From sequence record MT135025.1: DNA of 64,000 bases; one strand, 5' to 3'. The notes under the pieces are model-generated. The model did no database searches, was not told the DNA's origin, and saw only the letters and a list, made by a program, of their open reading frames with translations. The position numbers and the translations under genes are program-made. This document shows positions 9,519 to 18,908 of the stretch, one piece after another; position 1 is the first letter of the stretch; each line of letters begins with the position of its first letter.

Positions 9519-9741
9519 CTTAAATCTTAAATTGACTACTGCTTCTCGTTTTGAAGAATTGATGACGCGCCCTGGCGTCATCGTCAAGAACAGCTCTTCG
9601 GGTCCTGAATACATCACGACTGTTTACGATAAAGGCGAGTTAATTGCCGAACGTGTCCTGTACGTATCGCAAGCAGAGCATTTCGAGCTACAACTTCCTG
9701 AAGCAGTAAAAGCAGTTCGAAAGCCTAGTAAACTGCCGTAA
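9511..9741 (+). CDS. Hypothetical protein
   Basis: ORF. Confidence 0.7.
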   Translation: MDNLNLKLTTASRFEELMTRPGVIVKNSSSGPEYITTVYDKGELIAERVLYVSQAEHFELQLPEAVKAVRKPSKLP

Positions 9742-9746
9742 AAACT

Positions 9747-9776
9747 GTTTAACAACTAACTTTGTGAGTGTAATAT
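9747..9776 (+). promoter_or_regulatory. Class B promoter (td)
   Basis: GTTTAA-N18-TAATAT. Confidence 0.6.
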
Positions 9777-9777
9777 T

Positions 9778-9978
9778 ATGAAATCTAAAGGTTTTACTCT
9801 GATCGAATTGATAGTCGTGATTATGATTTTAGGTGTTTTAGCGTCAATCGGCGCAGGTGCATTGGGTTTAGGTCAAACTGCATCGTACACGACTCAACCG
9901 CAATCAGTGACATATGAAATTGACGGTCAGTTGATGCAATGTACTCCTGTGCAATCTGCATGGGACGATGATTTTTAA
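9778..9978 (+). CDS. Type IV prepilin-like mini-protein
   Basis: MKSKG/FTLIELIVVIMILGVLASIG: class III signal peptide with Glu at +5. Confidence 0.85.
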   Translation: MKSKGFTLIELIVVIMILGVLASIGAGALGLGQTASYTTQPQSVTYEIDGQLMQCTPVQSAWDDDF

Positions 9979-9984
9979 AGGTAA

Positions 9985-10887
9985 TTGATGAAAAACTACT
10001 TGCAACTATGTACTGAAATTCTCAACGAAGGTGATTTTCTTGAGAATCGAACAGGCACAAACACTGTTAGCGTGATTTCGCGTGAGCTTCGCTGGGATTT
10101 ATCGAAAGGTTTCCCGTTACTGACGACTAAGAAAATGGCAACTAAAGCCATCTTCGGTGAACTTCTATGGTTCTTGAGTGGTTCGGGACTGATCAGCGAT
10201 TTGCGCAAATATACTGAGCTTTCAGACGAAGATTTCTGCATTTGGCAGCAAAATCTAGACGAGCTAAACGAGCGTGCAAAGAAAGCAGGTATTGTTCGAA
10301 ATGAAGACGATCTCGGTTATGTTTACGGTAAAGTATGGCGTAAGCGTCTGTCTGTGACTGCTGACAAAGAAGTGACTGAGTTCGATCAGATTCATCAATT
10401 GCTGTGCGATATTGCAGCGGTTAAAGAAGATCCGACGCAAAGTGCGCAGCGTCGCATGATAGTTGAAGCATGGGACCCGTACTTCCACACTGAAAGCAAC
10501 TCAGTTGACGTAGCTCTACCGCCGTGTCACTATGGCTTTCAAGTGTTCGTGCGTAATGGTAAGATCAGTCTGAAGTGGAATCAGCGTTCAGTTGACACAT
10601 TCTTGGGTCTGCCGTTCAATATCGCATCGTATGCACTATTGGTTCACATTCTAGCACAGCTAACTGGCTTGAAAGTAGGTGAACTGATTTTCTCTGGTGG
10701 TGATGTTCACATTTATGAAGATCACATTGTGCAGGTACTGAAACAATTGCGACGTACTCCGCGTGAGCTACCGCAAATTCAACTACCTGAATTTGATACG
10801 TTGTCACAATTGTTGACTAAACGTGCAAGCGACTTTGTTGTGTACGATTATGATCCGTACCCAGCACTAAAAGGTAAAATGTCATGA
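9985..10887 (+). CDS. td: Thymidylate synthase (no intron)
   Basis: RTGT, ELLWFLSG, LPPCHY, QRSVDTFLGLPFNIASY, DVHIYEDH. Confidence 0.98.
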   Translation: MMKNYLQLCTEILNEGDFLENRTGTNTVSVISRELRWDLSKGFPLLTTKKMATKAIFGELLWFLSGSGLISDLRKYTELSDEDFCIWQQNLDELNERAKKAGIVRNEDDLGYVYGKVWRKRLSVTADKEVTEFDQIHQLLCDIAAVKEDPTQSAQRRMIVEAWDPYFHTESNSVDVALPPCHYGFQVFVRNGKISLKWNQRSVDTFLGLPFNIASYALLVHILAQLTGLKVGELIFSGGDVHIYEDHIVQVLKQLRRTPRELPQIQLPEFDTLSQLLTKRASDFVVYDYDPYPALKGKMS

Positions 10888-11078
10888 TCAGCAAAACCGA
10901 TTATTTTGAACTGAAAACAGGTACGCCAATCATCGTGATTGAGCGTATTGACACAATCGACGGTGAGCTTCTAAAGCTCCCGTTCAGTAAAGTTGTTGCC
11001 GCAGATGATCCGAATATCAGCGAATCGTTAGCTGACGGTAAAATTCACTATCTTTTTGACTTCGAAATAGGTGAGTAA
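10884..11078 (+). CDS. Hypothetical protein
   Basis: ORF. Confidence 0.7.
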   Translation: MISKTDYFELKTGTPIIVIERIDTIDGELLKLPFSKVVAADDPNISESLADGKIHYLFDFEIGE

Positions 11079-11080
11079 AC

Positions 11081-11287
11081 ATGAACGTTGGTGAGTTCGT
11101 AGAAGGGTTGTTGACATTAATGGTATATGGTATCATTGCAGTTTGTCTTATTCTCGTACTGTCAGTTGGCGGGCTTATCTTCGGAACGTGTCTCATCATT
11201 TCGGGTCATACAATCGCTGGGTGGGTTGTTTCTGTTGTCTCAGCGATTATTTTTGCTTTCATATGCGCATTAATGAGGAATTTGTAA
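11081..11287 (+). CDS. Small membrane protein
   Basis: Two hydrophobic segments. Confidence 0.7.
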   Translation: MNVGEFVEGLLTLMVYGIIAVCLILVLSVGGLIFGTCLIISGHTIAGWVVSVVSAIIFAFICALMRNL

Positions 11288-11577
11288 TGTCTTTACACAT
11301 TTACGTAGAAGTTGACACCAACGACGGTGATTATGTCGGCGGTCTAACCGCAGCATCAAGTGAAGAAATCGAAAGATTTGAAACACTTGTTCATCTTTCG
11401 GGTGATAGTCTAGCGAGTTGGACAGAAGGCGAATGCCAAGATCGCCCGAATTCAGAAGTATACCCGCAGTTTAGCGAAAATGACATCGAGTTCATTTCCG
11501 ATAAAATGCCTTACTGTGAATACGGCTTTCACACCGTTGAAAAAATTAAAATTGTTGATGTGTTGAATACGCTATGA
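11287..11577 (+). CDS. Hypothetical acidic protein
   Basis: Start moved to MSLHIYVEV (TAATG overlap). Confidence 0.75.
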   Translation: MSLHIYVEVDTNDGDYVGGLTAASSEEIERFETLVHLSGDSLASWTEGECQDRPNSEVYPQFSENDIEFISDKMPYCEYGFHTVEKIKIVDVLNTL

Positions 11578-11894
11578 TCAATGAAATTCTAGCTTCAAGT
11601 AAGCGAATCGACAACGGTCGAACTGTTAAAGACGTTCATATGAGCGTTGTTGAAGAAGTAGGCGAACTAGCAACTGAAGTTCGCGTCAAGTACGGCACGT
11701 CGTACAAAAACGCTGACGTTGACGGCATTCTGGGTGAAGCGGTAGACGGGATTTTGTGTCTCGTTGATCTGATTTACGTTGATAACCCGAACATCACTGA
11801 AGCTGAAATCATGAACGTTGTTCGTAACAAGCTCGCCAAATGGGAGCGCAAAGAAAACGAACACAAAACAAAATCTGAACAAATGGTGAAATAA
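11574..11894 (+). CDS. MazG-like NTP pyrophosphohydrolase
   Basis: VVEEVGELATEV..GEAVDGILCLVD (ExxE..ExxD). Confidence 0.8.
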   Translation: MINEILASSKRIDNGRTVKDVHMSVVEEVGELATEVRVKYGTSYKNADVDGILGEAVDGILCLVDLIYVDNPNITEAEIMNVVRNKLAKWERKENEHKTKSEQMVK

Positions 11895-12191
11895 ATGACA
11901 AATCGTTATACATTCGAAGAAATTCTTGGTGAAGACTACGAAAACAAAGACTATCTTGACTTTCTGCTATATGGCGATGGTGACTTCTCGGGCGTAAACT
12001 TCATTGAACAAGATGGTGGTGGCGAAGGTGGTTCTGAATACTGCTACACGATTCTTGAAAAAGACGGTCGTTACTTCAAGACTGAATACAGTTACTACAG
12101 CTACCACGGTTACGACAACTACGGTGATTCGTTCGTTGAAGTTTACCCAAAGCAAGTTACGATCACCCAATACGTGAGCACTCCTCAGTAA
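11895..12191 (+). CDS. Hypothetical acidic Tyr/Gly-rich protein
   Basis: GGGEGGSEY..YSYYSYHG. Confidence 0.75.
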   Translation: MTNRYTFEEILGEDYENKDYLDFLLYGDGDFSGVNFIEQDGGGEGGSEYCYTILEKDGRYFKTEYSYYSYHGYDNYGDSFVEVYPKQVTITQYVSTPQ

Positions 12192-12952
12192 TGCGTATTG
12201 TTGTCGGGTCAACTGCGTTGCATCATAATGGTATTCGACTGCGTAAGACCATTAAAGATCTAGATGTATTCGTAGACTCGCCCGACTCGGCTAACGACGG
12301 GGATGATTTTATTGTCATGCCCGTCGAGATATTGCAGATGTTCGATGGTGATATAGCAACTGCTGACGAAATCTACACGATTAAGTGCAGTCATCTTGGT
12401 TGGGATGAGCATAAAGTCGGATATAGTCAGTTTGGTGGTTCGACATTGTGGGACAAGCACAAGCGTGATGTTATTGCGCTATCACGATTCTGCAAAATCA
12501 AGCCTGAGCTATACGCAGCGTTGACGAATCATTGGCGAAAAGAGCTTGGCAATAAAGAGTATCTGTGCTTGAACAAAGACGCAGACGACTTCTTTAATGA
12601 CAAAGTGAGATACGTGTATGACCATGATGAACTACATCGAATGGTTGCAGCACCCAATCGCCCGTTGTATGAGAAAATTCTCAAAGACGACTGTGATGTT
12701 TTAGTCAGTAAAGAGAAGTTCGAACAATTGTCATTCGAAGACAAGATCAATTTGTTCCACGAGGAAATTTCGGTGATTGCTATTGAACGATATATTGTTC
12801 ACGGTATGATGCCGCTGAATGCGTGGAATCATGCGTTGAAGAAGACAATTACACGGCTGACCAAGAATTGGGCATGTGATTTCATTTGTGCAAACATGAG
12901 TCATTACATGAAGCCGAAATATAATTTGAATATTCTTGAAGAAAAGGGTTGA
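12191..12952 (+). CDS. Putative Pol-beta-superfamily nucleotidyltransferase
   Basis: N-terminal VVGSTAL..KDLDVF (GS..DxD). Confidence 0.6.
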   Translation: MRIVVGSTALHHNGIRLRKTIKDLDVFVDSPDSANDGDDFIVMPVEILQMFDGDIATADEIYTIKCSHLGWDEHKVGYSQFGGSTLWDKHKRDVIALSRFCKIKPELYAALTNHWRKELGNKEYLCLNKDADDFFNDKVRYVYDHDELHRMVAAPNRPLYEKILKDDCDVLVSKEKFEQLSFEDKINLFHEEISVIAIERYIVHGMMPLNAWNHALKKTITRLTKNWACDFICANMSHYMKPKYNLNILEEKG

Positions 12953-13024
12953 CTGCGGTCAGCCCTTTCGCGTATTATAGCTTCATCAACACGACGTTGA
13001 CCAAAACAAAGAGAGAACATTATG
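12942..13024 (+). promoter_or_regulatory. Terminator/promoter fusion cassette and leader
   Basis: Hairpin aaagggttgac-tgcg-gtcagcccttt containing TTGACT; N18; TATTAT; conserved leader. Confidence 0.8.
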
Positions 13025-13351
13025 ACTGACCTAACTAAATTCGACATCAAATTTGCTGAAATCAAAGTCGTTTATTCTATGCGTGCAGAACACCAAAAAG
13101 TAGCAATGCGCCTTGAAGACGGTACAATCATGCTGCATGAAGTGCTTTTCATGGATGCGAAAGGTTCATATTGTGAAAGTCGCAAACTGTGGAGCACTAC
13201 AGTTGAAAAAGCATGTGCATGGCCAGGTTATGAGTCAGCGCAGCTTATTGACAAAATCAAAGCAGCGGGTAAAGTGTCACTTCGTCACTGGCGTGCTGCA
13301 TCTGAAGCAGATTACGAACTATTTCGTTTAACAGAAGCATTCGAGGGTTAA
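13022..13351 (+). CDS. Hypothetical early protein
   Basis: ORF after cassette. Confidence 0.8.
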   Translation: MTDLTKFDIKFAEIKVVYSMRAEHQKVAMRLEDGTIMLHEVLFMDAKGSYCESRKLWSTTVEKACAWPGYESAQLIDKIKAAGKVSLRHWRAASEADYELFRLTEAFEG

Positions 13352-13353
13352 TC

Positions 13354-13755
13354 ATGTCAGAAGTTTACCAAATGTGGGAAAAGAAAATCGAACGTCTTGA
13401 AGAAATGCACAAGAAAATCTACGACATGGGTCAACTTGCTGCTGGTGATGAAGGCAAGTATATTTTCAAAACTGAAATGAAGCGTGAACATCTATCACGC
13501 GAGATTTCACATGAAATTGACCATAAAGGTCTAGATCTACACCATCTTATGTACAAAGGTTTGCATGAGACAGCACGTGAATATCAAAGTGCAATCATGA
13601 TTTTCTGCAAAGAAATGCCTCTTGAACAGCGTCGAGAACTGTTTGACAAGATTCGCGCTGTGTTCAATATTGATGCTTACACCGACGAAGCATGGGACGG
13701 CGTTCTTAAACGTTTTAAAGATTCACTGTTAAGCCAAGGTATGATTGAGGAGTAA
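13354..13755 (+). CDS. Hypothetical protein
   Basis: ORF. Confidence 0.75.
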   Translation: MSEVYQMWEKKIERLEEMHKKIYDMGQLAAGDEGKYIFKTEMKREHLSREISHEIDHKGLDLHHLMYKGLHETAREYQSAIMIFCKEMPLEQRRELFDKIRAVFNIDAYTDEAWDGVLKRFKDSLLSQGMIEE

Positions 13756-13758
13756 ATT

Positions 13759-14466
13759 ATGAGCAGCTACAATGTCAAGAAAGCAGAGTGTGAAAAGCGC
13801 GGCATTGCATTCAACTTCACAGAAGAACAATGGAAAACATTACAAAATATGAAGAACGGTGGTCGTTGTGCGTACACCAACCACCCGTTTAATCCAAGCA
13901 GCAAGAAAATGCGTGCTACAGTAGAGCGCATTGATGAGTCGATGCCGTATGAACCAAAGAACTGTGTTCTTGTGACTCAGCTTGCTAACAACGTAAAGTG
14001 TAATTACATCGAGCAGAATCAGCCCGTGAGTAAAGCAAATGCTGAAGAAGTTCATACATTGAAGCAGATTCAACGTGTTCTTGCGGATGATAAGAAAGTC
14101 AAAAGCATCATTCAGACATATATTGAACGCTACAGAGGTGAAGTTATTGAAACTCCGATGACTGATCTTGAGATCACCAAGCTATACGTGAAGTACGCAA
14201 CTGAAGCACAGCGCAAAGGCAAGCACTTTGAAATCACGATAGGCGACTTCAAACGAACTGTATCGCGTAAACGCTGTCAGGTTAGTAAAGTATTACTGCC
14301 GAACATGAAACAGCGCGTAGTGCGCGTCATAGACGATTCTAAGCCTATTACGTGCGACAACATTCAAGTAACTTCGCGTCAAATCGACGAAATCATGACT
14401 GCCATTGAAGAAATGGACATGACACTCGCGCAAAAACGAGCAATGATGAAATCAATTGGAGCATAA
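13759..14466 (+). CDS. srd: Srd-like protein with tandem His-Me-finger-like domains
   Basis: KRGIAFNF..RCAYTN..TVERID..Y..KNCVLV, repeated as RKGKHFEI..RCQVSK..RVID..DNIQV. Confidence 0.55.
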   Translation: MSSYNVKKAECEKRGIAFNFTEEQWKTLQNMKNGGRCAYTNHPFNPSSKKMRATVERIDESMPYEPKNCVLVTQLANNVKCNYIEQNQPVSKANAEEVHTLKQIQRVLADDKKVKSIIQTYIERYRGEVIETPMTDLEITKLYVKYATEAQRKGKHFEITIGDFKRTVSRKRCQVSKVLLPNMKQRVVRVIDDSKPITCDNIQVTSRQIDEIMTAIEEMDMTLAQKRAMMKSIGA

Positions 14467-14467
14467 C

Positions 14468-14728
14468 ATGAGCTATTTGTTATCAATGAACAAAGGTTGT
14501 TCAACTGTAGTAATGGTTAGTGGTGTACCGTTAGTTGTTGATCACGAGATCGAGTACGTGACGGTTGATAAAAATGGTTACGTGACGGGGTGGACTGACC
14601 GCCCTTATTTCGACGAAGACGATAAAACGTGGTCGTGTTACGAGCTATATGGTGAACAATGGCATCTTGCAACGATTGCAAATCCAACACTAGAAGCAAT
14701 TGAAACATTAATTGAGGTATATCCATGA
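14468..14728 (+). CDS. Hypothetical protein
   Basis: ORF. Confidence 0.7.
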   Translation: MSYLLSMNKGCSTVVMVSGVPLVVDHEIEYVTVDKNGYVTGWTDRPYFDEDDKTWSCYELYGEQWHLATIANPTLEAIETLIEVYP

Positions 14729-15093
14729 AAAACGTAATGCAACAACTTGCAGATGAGTATCGTAACTCAGACAAAAATGATCCAGAGTTACACTGTGACA
14801 TTTTTCTTTTACCCGTTAATGAAGGCGGTGGGATTGATTCAGAGTACATCAAAGAGACACTTTCTGCGGTGTATGCTGAAATTCGTCGATTTACGGGAAT
14901 GACTCTCACTGAAGCAAGAGAATGGTTCTCGAAACAACAATGTGAAACGTGGTTTGGTGAATCAAAAATCGTAAACGAAAAAGTTTATAAGTCGTTCTAC
15001 GTGCGATACGATATTCCTGAAGACTTATTGAAATCCGTATTCACGTCAGATTGGACACAGGGTCCGTCTGCAACATTTGAGGAAGCAATTTGA
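14725..15093 (+). CDS. Hypothetical protein
   Basis: ORF. Confidence 0.75.
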   Translation: MKNVMQQLADEYRNSDKNDPELHCDIFLLPVNEGGGIDSEYIKETLSAVYAEIRRFTGMTLTEAREWFSKQQCETWFGESKIVNEKVYKSFYVRYDIPEDLLKSVFTSDWTQGPSATFEEAI

Positions 15094-15830
15094 GAATTTT
15101 TATTTTTAGTGGTGCTGGACTTGACGCCGAATCAGGTATCAGCACGTTTCGAGACGCAAATGGTTTGTGGGAAAATCATGATATTATGCAAGTTTGCAAT
15201 ATCAATACATTCCTCAACAACTACGAGTTGACTCACAAGTTTTACAACCAACGTCGCGTGCAATTGGCAGATGTTCACCCGAACGCAGCACATTACAAAA
15301 TTGCTGAACTATGCGAAAAATACGACGTTGACAATTACACTGCGAACGTTTCTGATCTATTAGAGCGTGCGGGGTGTAAAGATGTGAAGCACATTCACGG
15401 TGAATTGACCAAGATTGTGCAAGATTACACATCAAAAGACAGTACGGTCATTGACATTGGTTACAATGAATATGAACTACGCACTGGTCGACGCGATAAA
15501 CCGGGCGTTGTATTCTTCAATGAAGGCGCGCCGATGTACACGCAGTTCTGGGGTGATATTGACACTCTATTGCCAAGCGACATTGCTATCGTTGTTGGTT
15601 CAACTCTCGAAATCAACCCAATTCATTGGGATTTGGCAAAAACGGGTTGTAAATTCATTTTAATTAATCCGACTGGCATTGATACAGAGAAACACACTGA
15701 ATTGAATGAAGCTATCCGAATGTGTGATATTTTCATCAACAAGCCAGCAACTGAGGCATTTGATGAAATTGACAAGCATATTGAAGAACATGTTTCTATT
15801 CACTTTCCACATGGCATCCCTTCTGTTTGA
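15090..15830 (+). CDS. Sir2/CobB-family NAD-dependent enzyme
   Basis: SGAGLDAESGISTFRDANGLW, HIHG, KPGVVFFNE, VVGSTL, INP. Confidence 0.93.
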   Translation: MRIFIFSGAGLDAESGISTFRDANGLWENHDIMQVCNINTFLNNYELTHKFYNQRRVQLADVHPNAAHYKIAELCEKYDVDNYTANVSDLLERAGCKDVKHIHGELTKIVQDYTSKDSTVIDIGYNEYELRTGRRDKPGVVFFNEGAPMYTQFWGDIDTLLPSDIAIVVGSTLEINPIHWDLAKTGCKFILINPTGIDTEKHTELNEAIRMCDIFINKPATEAFDEIDKHIEEHVSIHFPHGIPSV

Positions 15831-15993
15831 AGCAATCGGGATTATCATTAGTGCGAGTGGTGCTGCTGTTTCTTTCATATCAGCGTTTTTACTCATTCTA
15901 GATAAGTTGTATATTTTAGCAGTATGTGCGTCTATACTAGGCGCACTGTTAACGTACTGCTATGTGAAATTGAGTGAGGAACATGATGTCTAA
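15811..15993 (+). CDS. Small membrane protein
   Basis: Hydrophobic ORF between sir2 and topoisomerase; start uncertain. Confidence 0.55.
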   Translation: MASLLFEAIGIIISASGAAVSFISAFLLILDKLYILAVCASILGALLTYCYVKLSEEHDV

Positions 15994-17779
15994 GCAAGAC
16001 AATTTTCAAATTTTATCAGACAAACAACACGTGCTCAAACGCCCGGGCATGTACATCGGGTCGGTTGATAGAGAAGCACATGAACGTTTTGTTCTAGGTG
16101 AATACAAGCAAATCGAATATGTACCGGGTCTTGTGAAAATCATCAACGAAGTGATTGACAACTCTCTTGATGAAGCGATTCGTACGAAATTCAAATTTGC
16201 AAACGTCATCGAAGTCAAGGTTGAAGGCAATCGAATTACTATTGCAGATAACGGTCGTGGTATTCCGCAAGACAAAGTTATCGACCCGCATGGTAATGAA
16301 CTTCTTCGACCAGAAGCTGCGTGGACTCGCACAAAGGCAGGTAGCAACTTCGAAGACGACCGAACAACTGTTGGTATGAACGGGGTGGGTGCTGCATTAA
16401 CCAACTACTTCAGTCATCAATTCATCGGTAAGACGTGTGACGGTAAGAACACAGTTACCGTAAGCTGTTCGAACAACGCAGAGCGTATTTTCGTTAGAAC
16501 TTCGAAAGGTGGTACACAAGGTACGTCGGTTGAATTCATCCCTGATTTCAATCGTTTTGGTGTCTTCGGTATTTCACCACAAGACGAAGAAATCATCAAA
16601 GATCGATTAGCTGCGTTATCAGTAGCATTCCCTGAAATCACGTTCAAGTACAATGGTAAGAAGCACGCACCTACGCTGAAGCAATACGCGAAGATGTTCG
16701 GGACTGATGTTTCATTTGAGTTTGATAACGTCGCGTTGTTTATTGCAGCGTCTGATGAATTTAGACATAATAGTTTCATCAATGGTGTGCATACTATTAA
16801 TGGTGGTACGCATGTTGATTATTTCTCGAATAAATTAGCCGATGAGCTAATCCCGATGATTAAGCGCAAGCACAAAATCAACGTACCGAAGCCACAATTG
16901 AAGAACGGATTGACAATTGGTCTGTTTATCAGAAACTTTGTTGACCCGAAATTTGATAGTCAGACAAAAGAGCGTCTAACGAGTTCTCAAGGTGATGTAT
17001 CGCCATACTTGAAAGACATTTCTTACGACAAAATTGCCAAGAAGATTTTAGCTGATGATGACATCATCATGCCAATCATCGAAGCATTGCTTGCAAAGCA
17101 ACATGCAGCGGAAGCACGCGAGTTAGCACGCAAGCAGAAAAAAGCACAGAACGCAAAAGTCGTAGACCACATCAAAGCAACTATGCCTGGTGGTACGTTG
17201 TTCTTGACTGAGGGTAAGTCTGCGATTGGTTATTTGATCAAAGTTCGTGACAGTAAGAAACATGGTGGCATTCCGCTGCGTGGTAAAGTACTGAGCACAT
17301 GGGGTAAACGCCCTGCTAAGATCATGGAAAATAAAGAACTGTGCGATATTATGTCAGTTCTGAACATTCAGCTTGGTAACGACGACATTCGAGACATGTA
17401 TTATCACGACATCGGCATTTTAGTTGACGCTGACGTTGATGGTAAAGGTTCGATTTTCCCGTTATTGCTTGCGTTTTTCTATAACTGGCCAGAGCTATAC
17501 AAACAGAAGCGAATCAAATTCGTTCGTACGCCAGTAGTGATTGCGACTAACAAGAAAGAAACTAAATGGTTCTATTCTATTGATGAGTATCGCAAGGCTA
17601 AGCTGTCTAAAACGTGGAAGATTCGTTACATCAAGGGTTTGGGTTCATTGACTGAAAAAGAATACAAGAAAGTTATTAACGAGCCAGTTTTTGACGAGAT
17701 TGTAATTGATGACCCATCTTGTTTTGAACTACTATTCGGTGACGACACTGATAAACGTAAGGATTGGATGACCCAATGA
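15986..17779 (+). CDS. 39: Type II DNA topoisomerase large subunit (gp39+gp60 in one ORF)
   Basis: HVLKRPGMYIGS, NEVIDNSLDE, DNGRGIP, GMNGVG, EGKSA, PLRGK, DADVDG, YIKGLGS. Confidence 0.97.
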   Translation: MSKQDNFQILSDKQHVLKRPGMYIGSVDREAHERFVLGEYKQIEYVPGLVKIINEVIDNSLDEAIRTKFKFANVIEVKVEGNRITIADNGRGIPQDKVIDPHGNELLRPEAAWTRTKAGSNFEDDRTTVGMNGVGAALTNYFSHQFIGKTCDGKNTVTVSCSNNAERIFVRTSKGGTQGTSVEFIPDFNRFGVFGISPQDEEIIKDRLAALSVAFPEITFKYNGKKHAPTLKQYAKMFGTDVSFEFDNVALFIAASDEFRHNSFINGVHTINGGTHVDYFSNKLADELIPMIKRKHKINVPKPQLKNGLTIGLFIRNFVDPKFDSQTKERLTSSQGDVSPYLKDISYDKIAKKILADDDIIMPIIEALLAKQHAAEARELARKQKKAQNAKVVDHIKATMPGGTLFLTEGKSAIGYLIKVRDSKKHGGIPLRGKVLSTWGKRPAKIMENKELCDIMSVLNIQLGNDDIRDMYYHDIGILVDADVDGKGSIFPLLLAFFYNWPELYKQKRIKFVRTPVVIATNKKETKWFYSIDEYRKAKLSKTWKIRYIKGLGSLTEKEYKKVINEPVFDEIVIDDPSCFELLFGDDTDKRKDWMTQ

Positions 17780-18006
17780 TTACAGCAAAAGAAGCACGAG
17801 CACGCAGGAAGAAACTTCCTGCTGCTGTTGAAAAATCGCTTGAGGAACTGGATTTTGCGGTGCAATGCGCCGCTCAGTCGAAGAACCGTGTCGATTTTCG
17901 CACTGACAAACTGACCGAAAGTGAACGCGATCAACTACGGGCTATACTGATTAGCCTCGGTTATGAAGCGTTTATTGCCGGTGAAAAACTTGAGGTAATG
18001 TGGTAA
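17776..18006 (+). CDS. Hypothetical protein (EARAR family)
   Basis: Similar to 18905..19168. Confidence 0.75.
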   Translation: MITAKEARARRKKLPAAVEKSLEELDFAVQCAAQSKNRVDFRTDKLTESERDQLRAILISLGYEAFIAGEKLEVMW

Positions 18007-18221
18007 TGAGCAATTTTCTTCGAATTCTAGAAGACATGTGTCGCGACTTTCGCGGCGAACTGAACGAAGCAGCGACTGCCGAGGTTGATTACTACCTCAT
18101 TCAGATATATGTCGCGTTGCTTTCACTAGGCTTCGGCGTGCAGATTGCGATTTTCGTTGCATTTTATGCAATTTTTTACATCCCAATGAGTATGATCGGT
18201 CGAGTGGTAGGTATTAAATAA
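18006..18221 (+). CDS. Small membrane protein
   Basis: Hydrophobic C-terminal half. Confidence 0.65.
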   Translation: MSNFLRILEDMCRDFRGELNEAATAEVDYYLIQIYVALLSLGFGVQIAIFVAFYAIFYIPMSMIGRVVGIK

Positions 18222-18238
18222 GAGACGGAGGTGGCACT

Positions 18239-18505
18239 ATGCTAAAGTCTTTTATTGAAATATCACTGAACGAAATGACATACCAAGAGTTGCGTGATCT
18301 CACGATCAATGAGATTCACGCGCTCGTTAAGAAGCTGAAGAAACAGCTTCCGAAGAAGTACAAAGACATTATCGACGAACTAGAACCAGACATGTATGAA
18401 GATCTGATTGCAGAAATCGCATATGATGGTGGGTTAAAAGGTAAGAAATTTGTCAACTTAAAAATCCCGAAGCGAATCTTAGATAGGTACGCTGACTACT
18501 TCTGA
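18239..18505 (+). CDS. Candidate internal head protein
   Basis: Leader MLKSFIEISLNE; ATTAAATA late-like box at 18213-18220; Lys-rich. Confidence 0.5.
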   Translation: MLKSFIEISLNEMTYQELRDLTINEIHALVKKLKKQLPKKYKDIIDELEPDMYEDLIAEIAYDGGLKGKKFVNLKIPKRILDRYADYF

Positions 18506-18515
18506 GAGAAATATT

Positions 18516-18908
18516 ATGTTTGATGCTGCTAGTATGCGGGCCCGTTATAAGCCGAAACAACCGTCCGACCTTCAGATGCAGAAAATCGAAGAATTTCAAG
18601 ATTTTTTGTATAACACTCTGCAATCAATTGATAAAATAGCTGATACGGAACTTGAGATAAAAGTCGGCGTAAAAGCTGAATTTTATGAATCAGCGGTTGT
18701 AGAATTTGAGAAATTAGGTTACAATATCAGAGCAGTGAAGAAGACATTCGATATTGAAAATCGAATCAATCCTCACGAGCCGGCAGAAATCGGTCACTTA
18801 AAGTACGAAACTCACAGTTTAGCACTTGCTTATGTGAATCGTATGTTGAGAGAACGAGGCTCTGAACACATGATATTGACGATAATTGATTGGAGACGTA
18901 ATGCATGA
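18516..18908 (+). CDS. Hypothetical protein
   Basis: ORF; weak similarity to EARAR family. Confidence 0.75.
   Translation: MFDAASMRARYKPKQPSDLQMQKIEEFQDFLYNTLQSIDKIADTELEIKVGVKAEFYESAVVEFEKLGYNIRAVKKTFDIENRINPHEPAEIGHLKYETHSLALAYVNRMLRERGSEHMILTIIDWRRNA

Noticed and set aside
9985-10887. Group I intron in td (also considered for the visible part of nrdD)
   Set aside because: Both frames are continuous with all motifs in order
15986-17779. Translational bypass or split as in T4 genes 39/60
   Set aside because: ATPase and TOPRIM parts are in one continuous ORF
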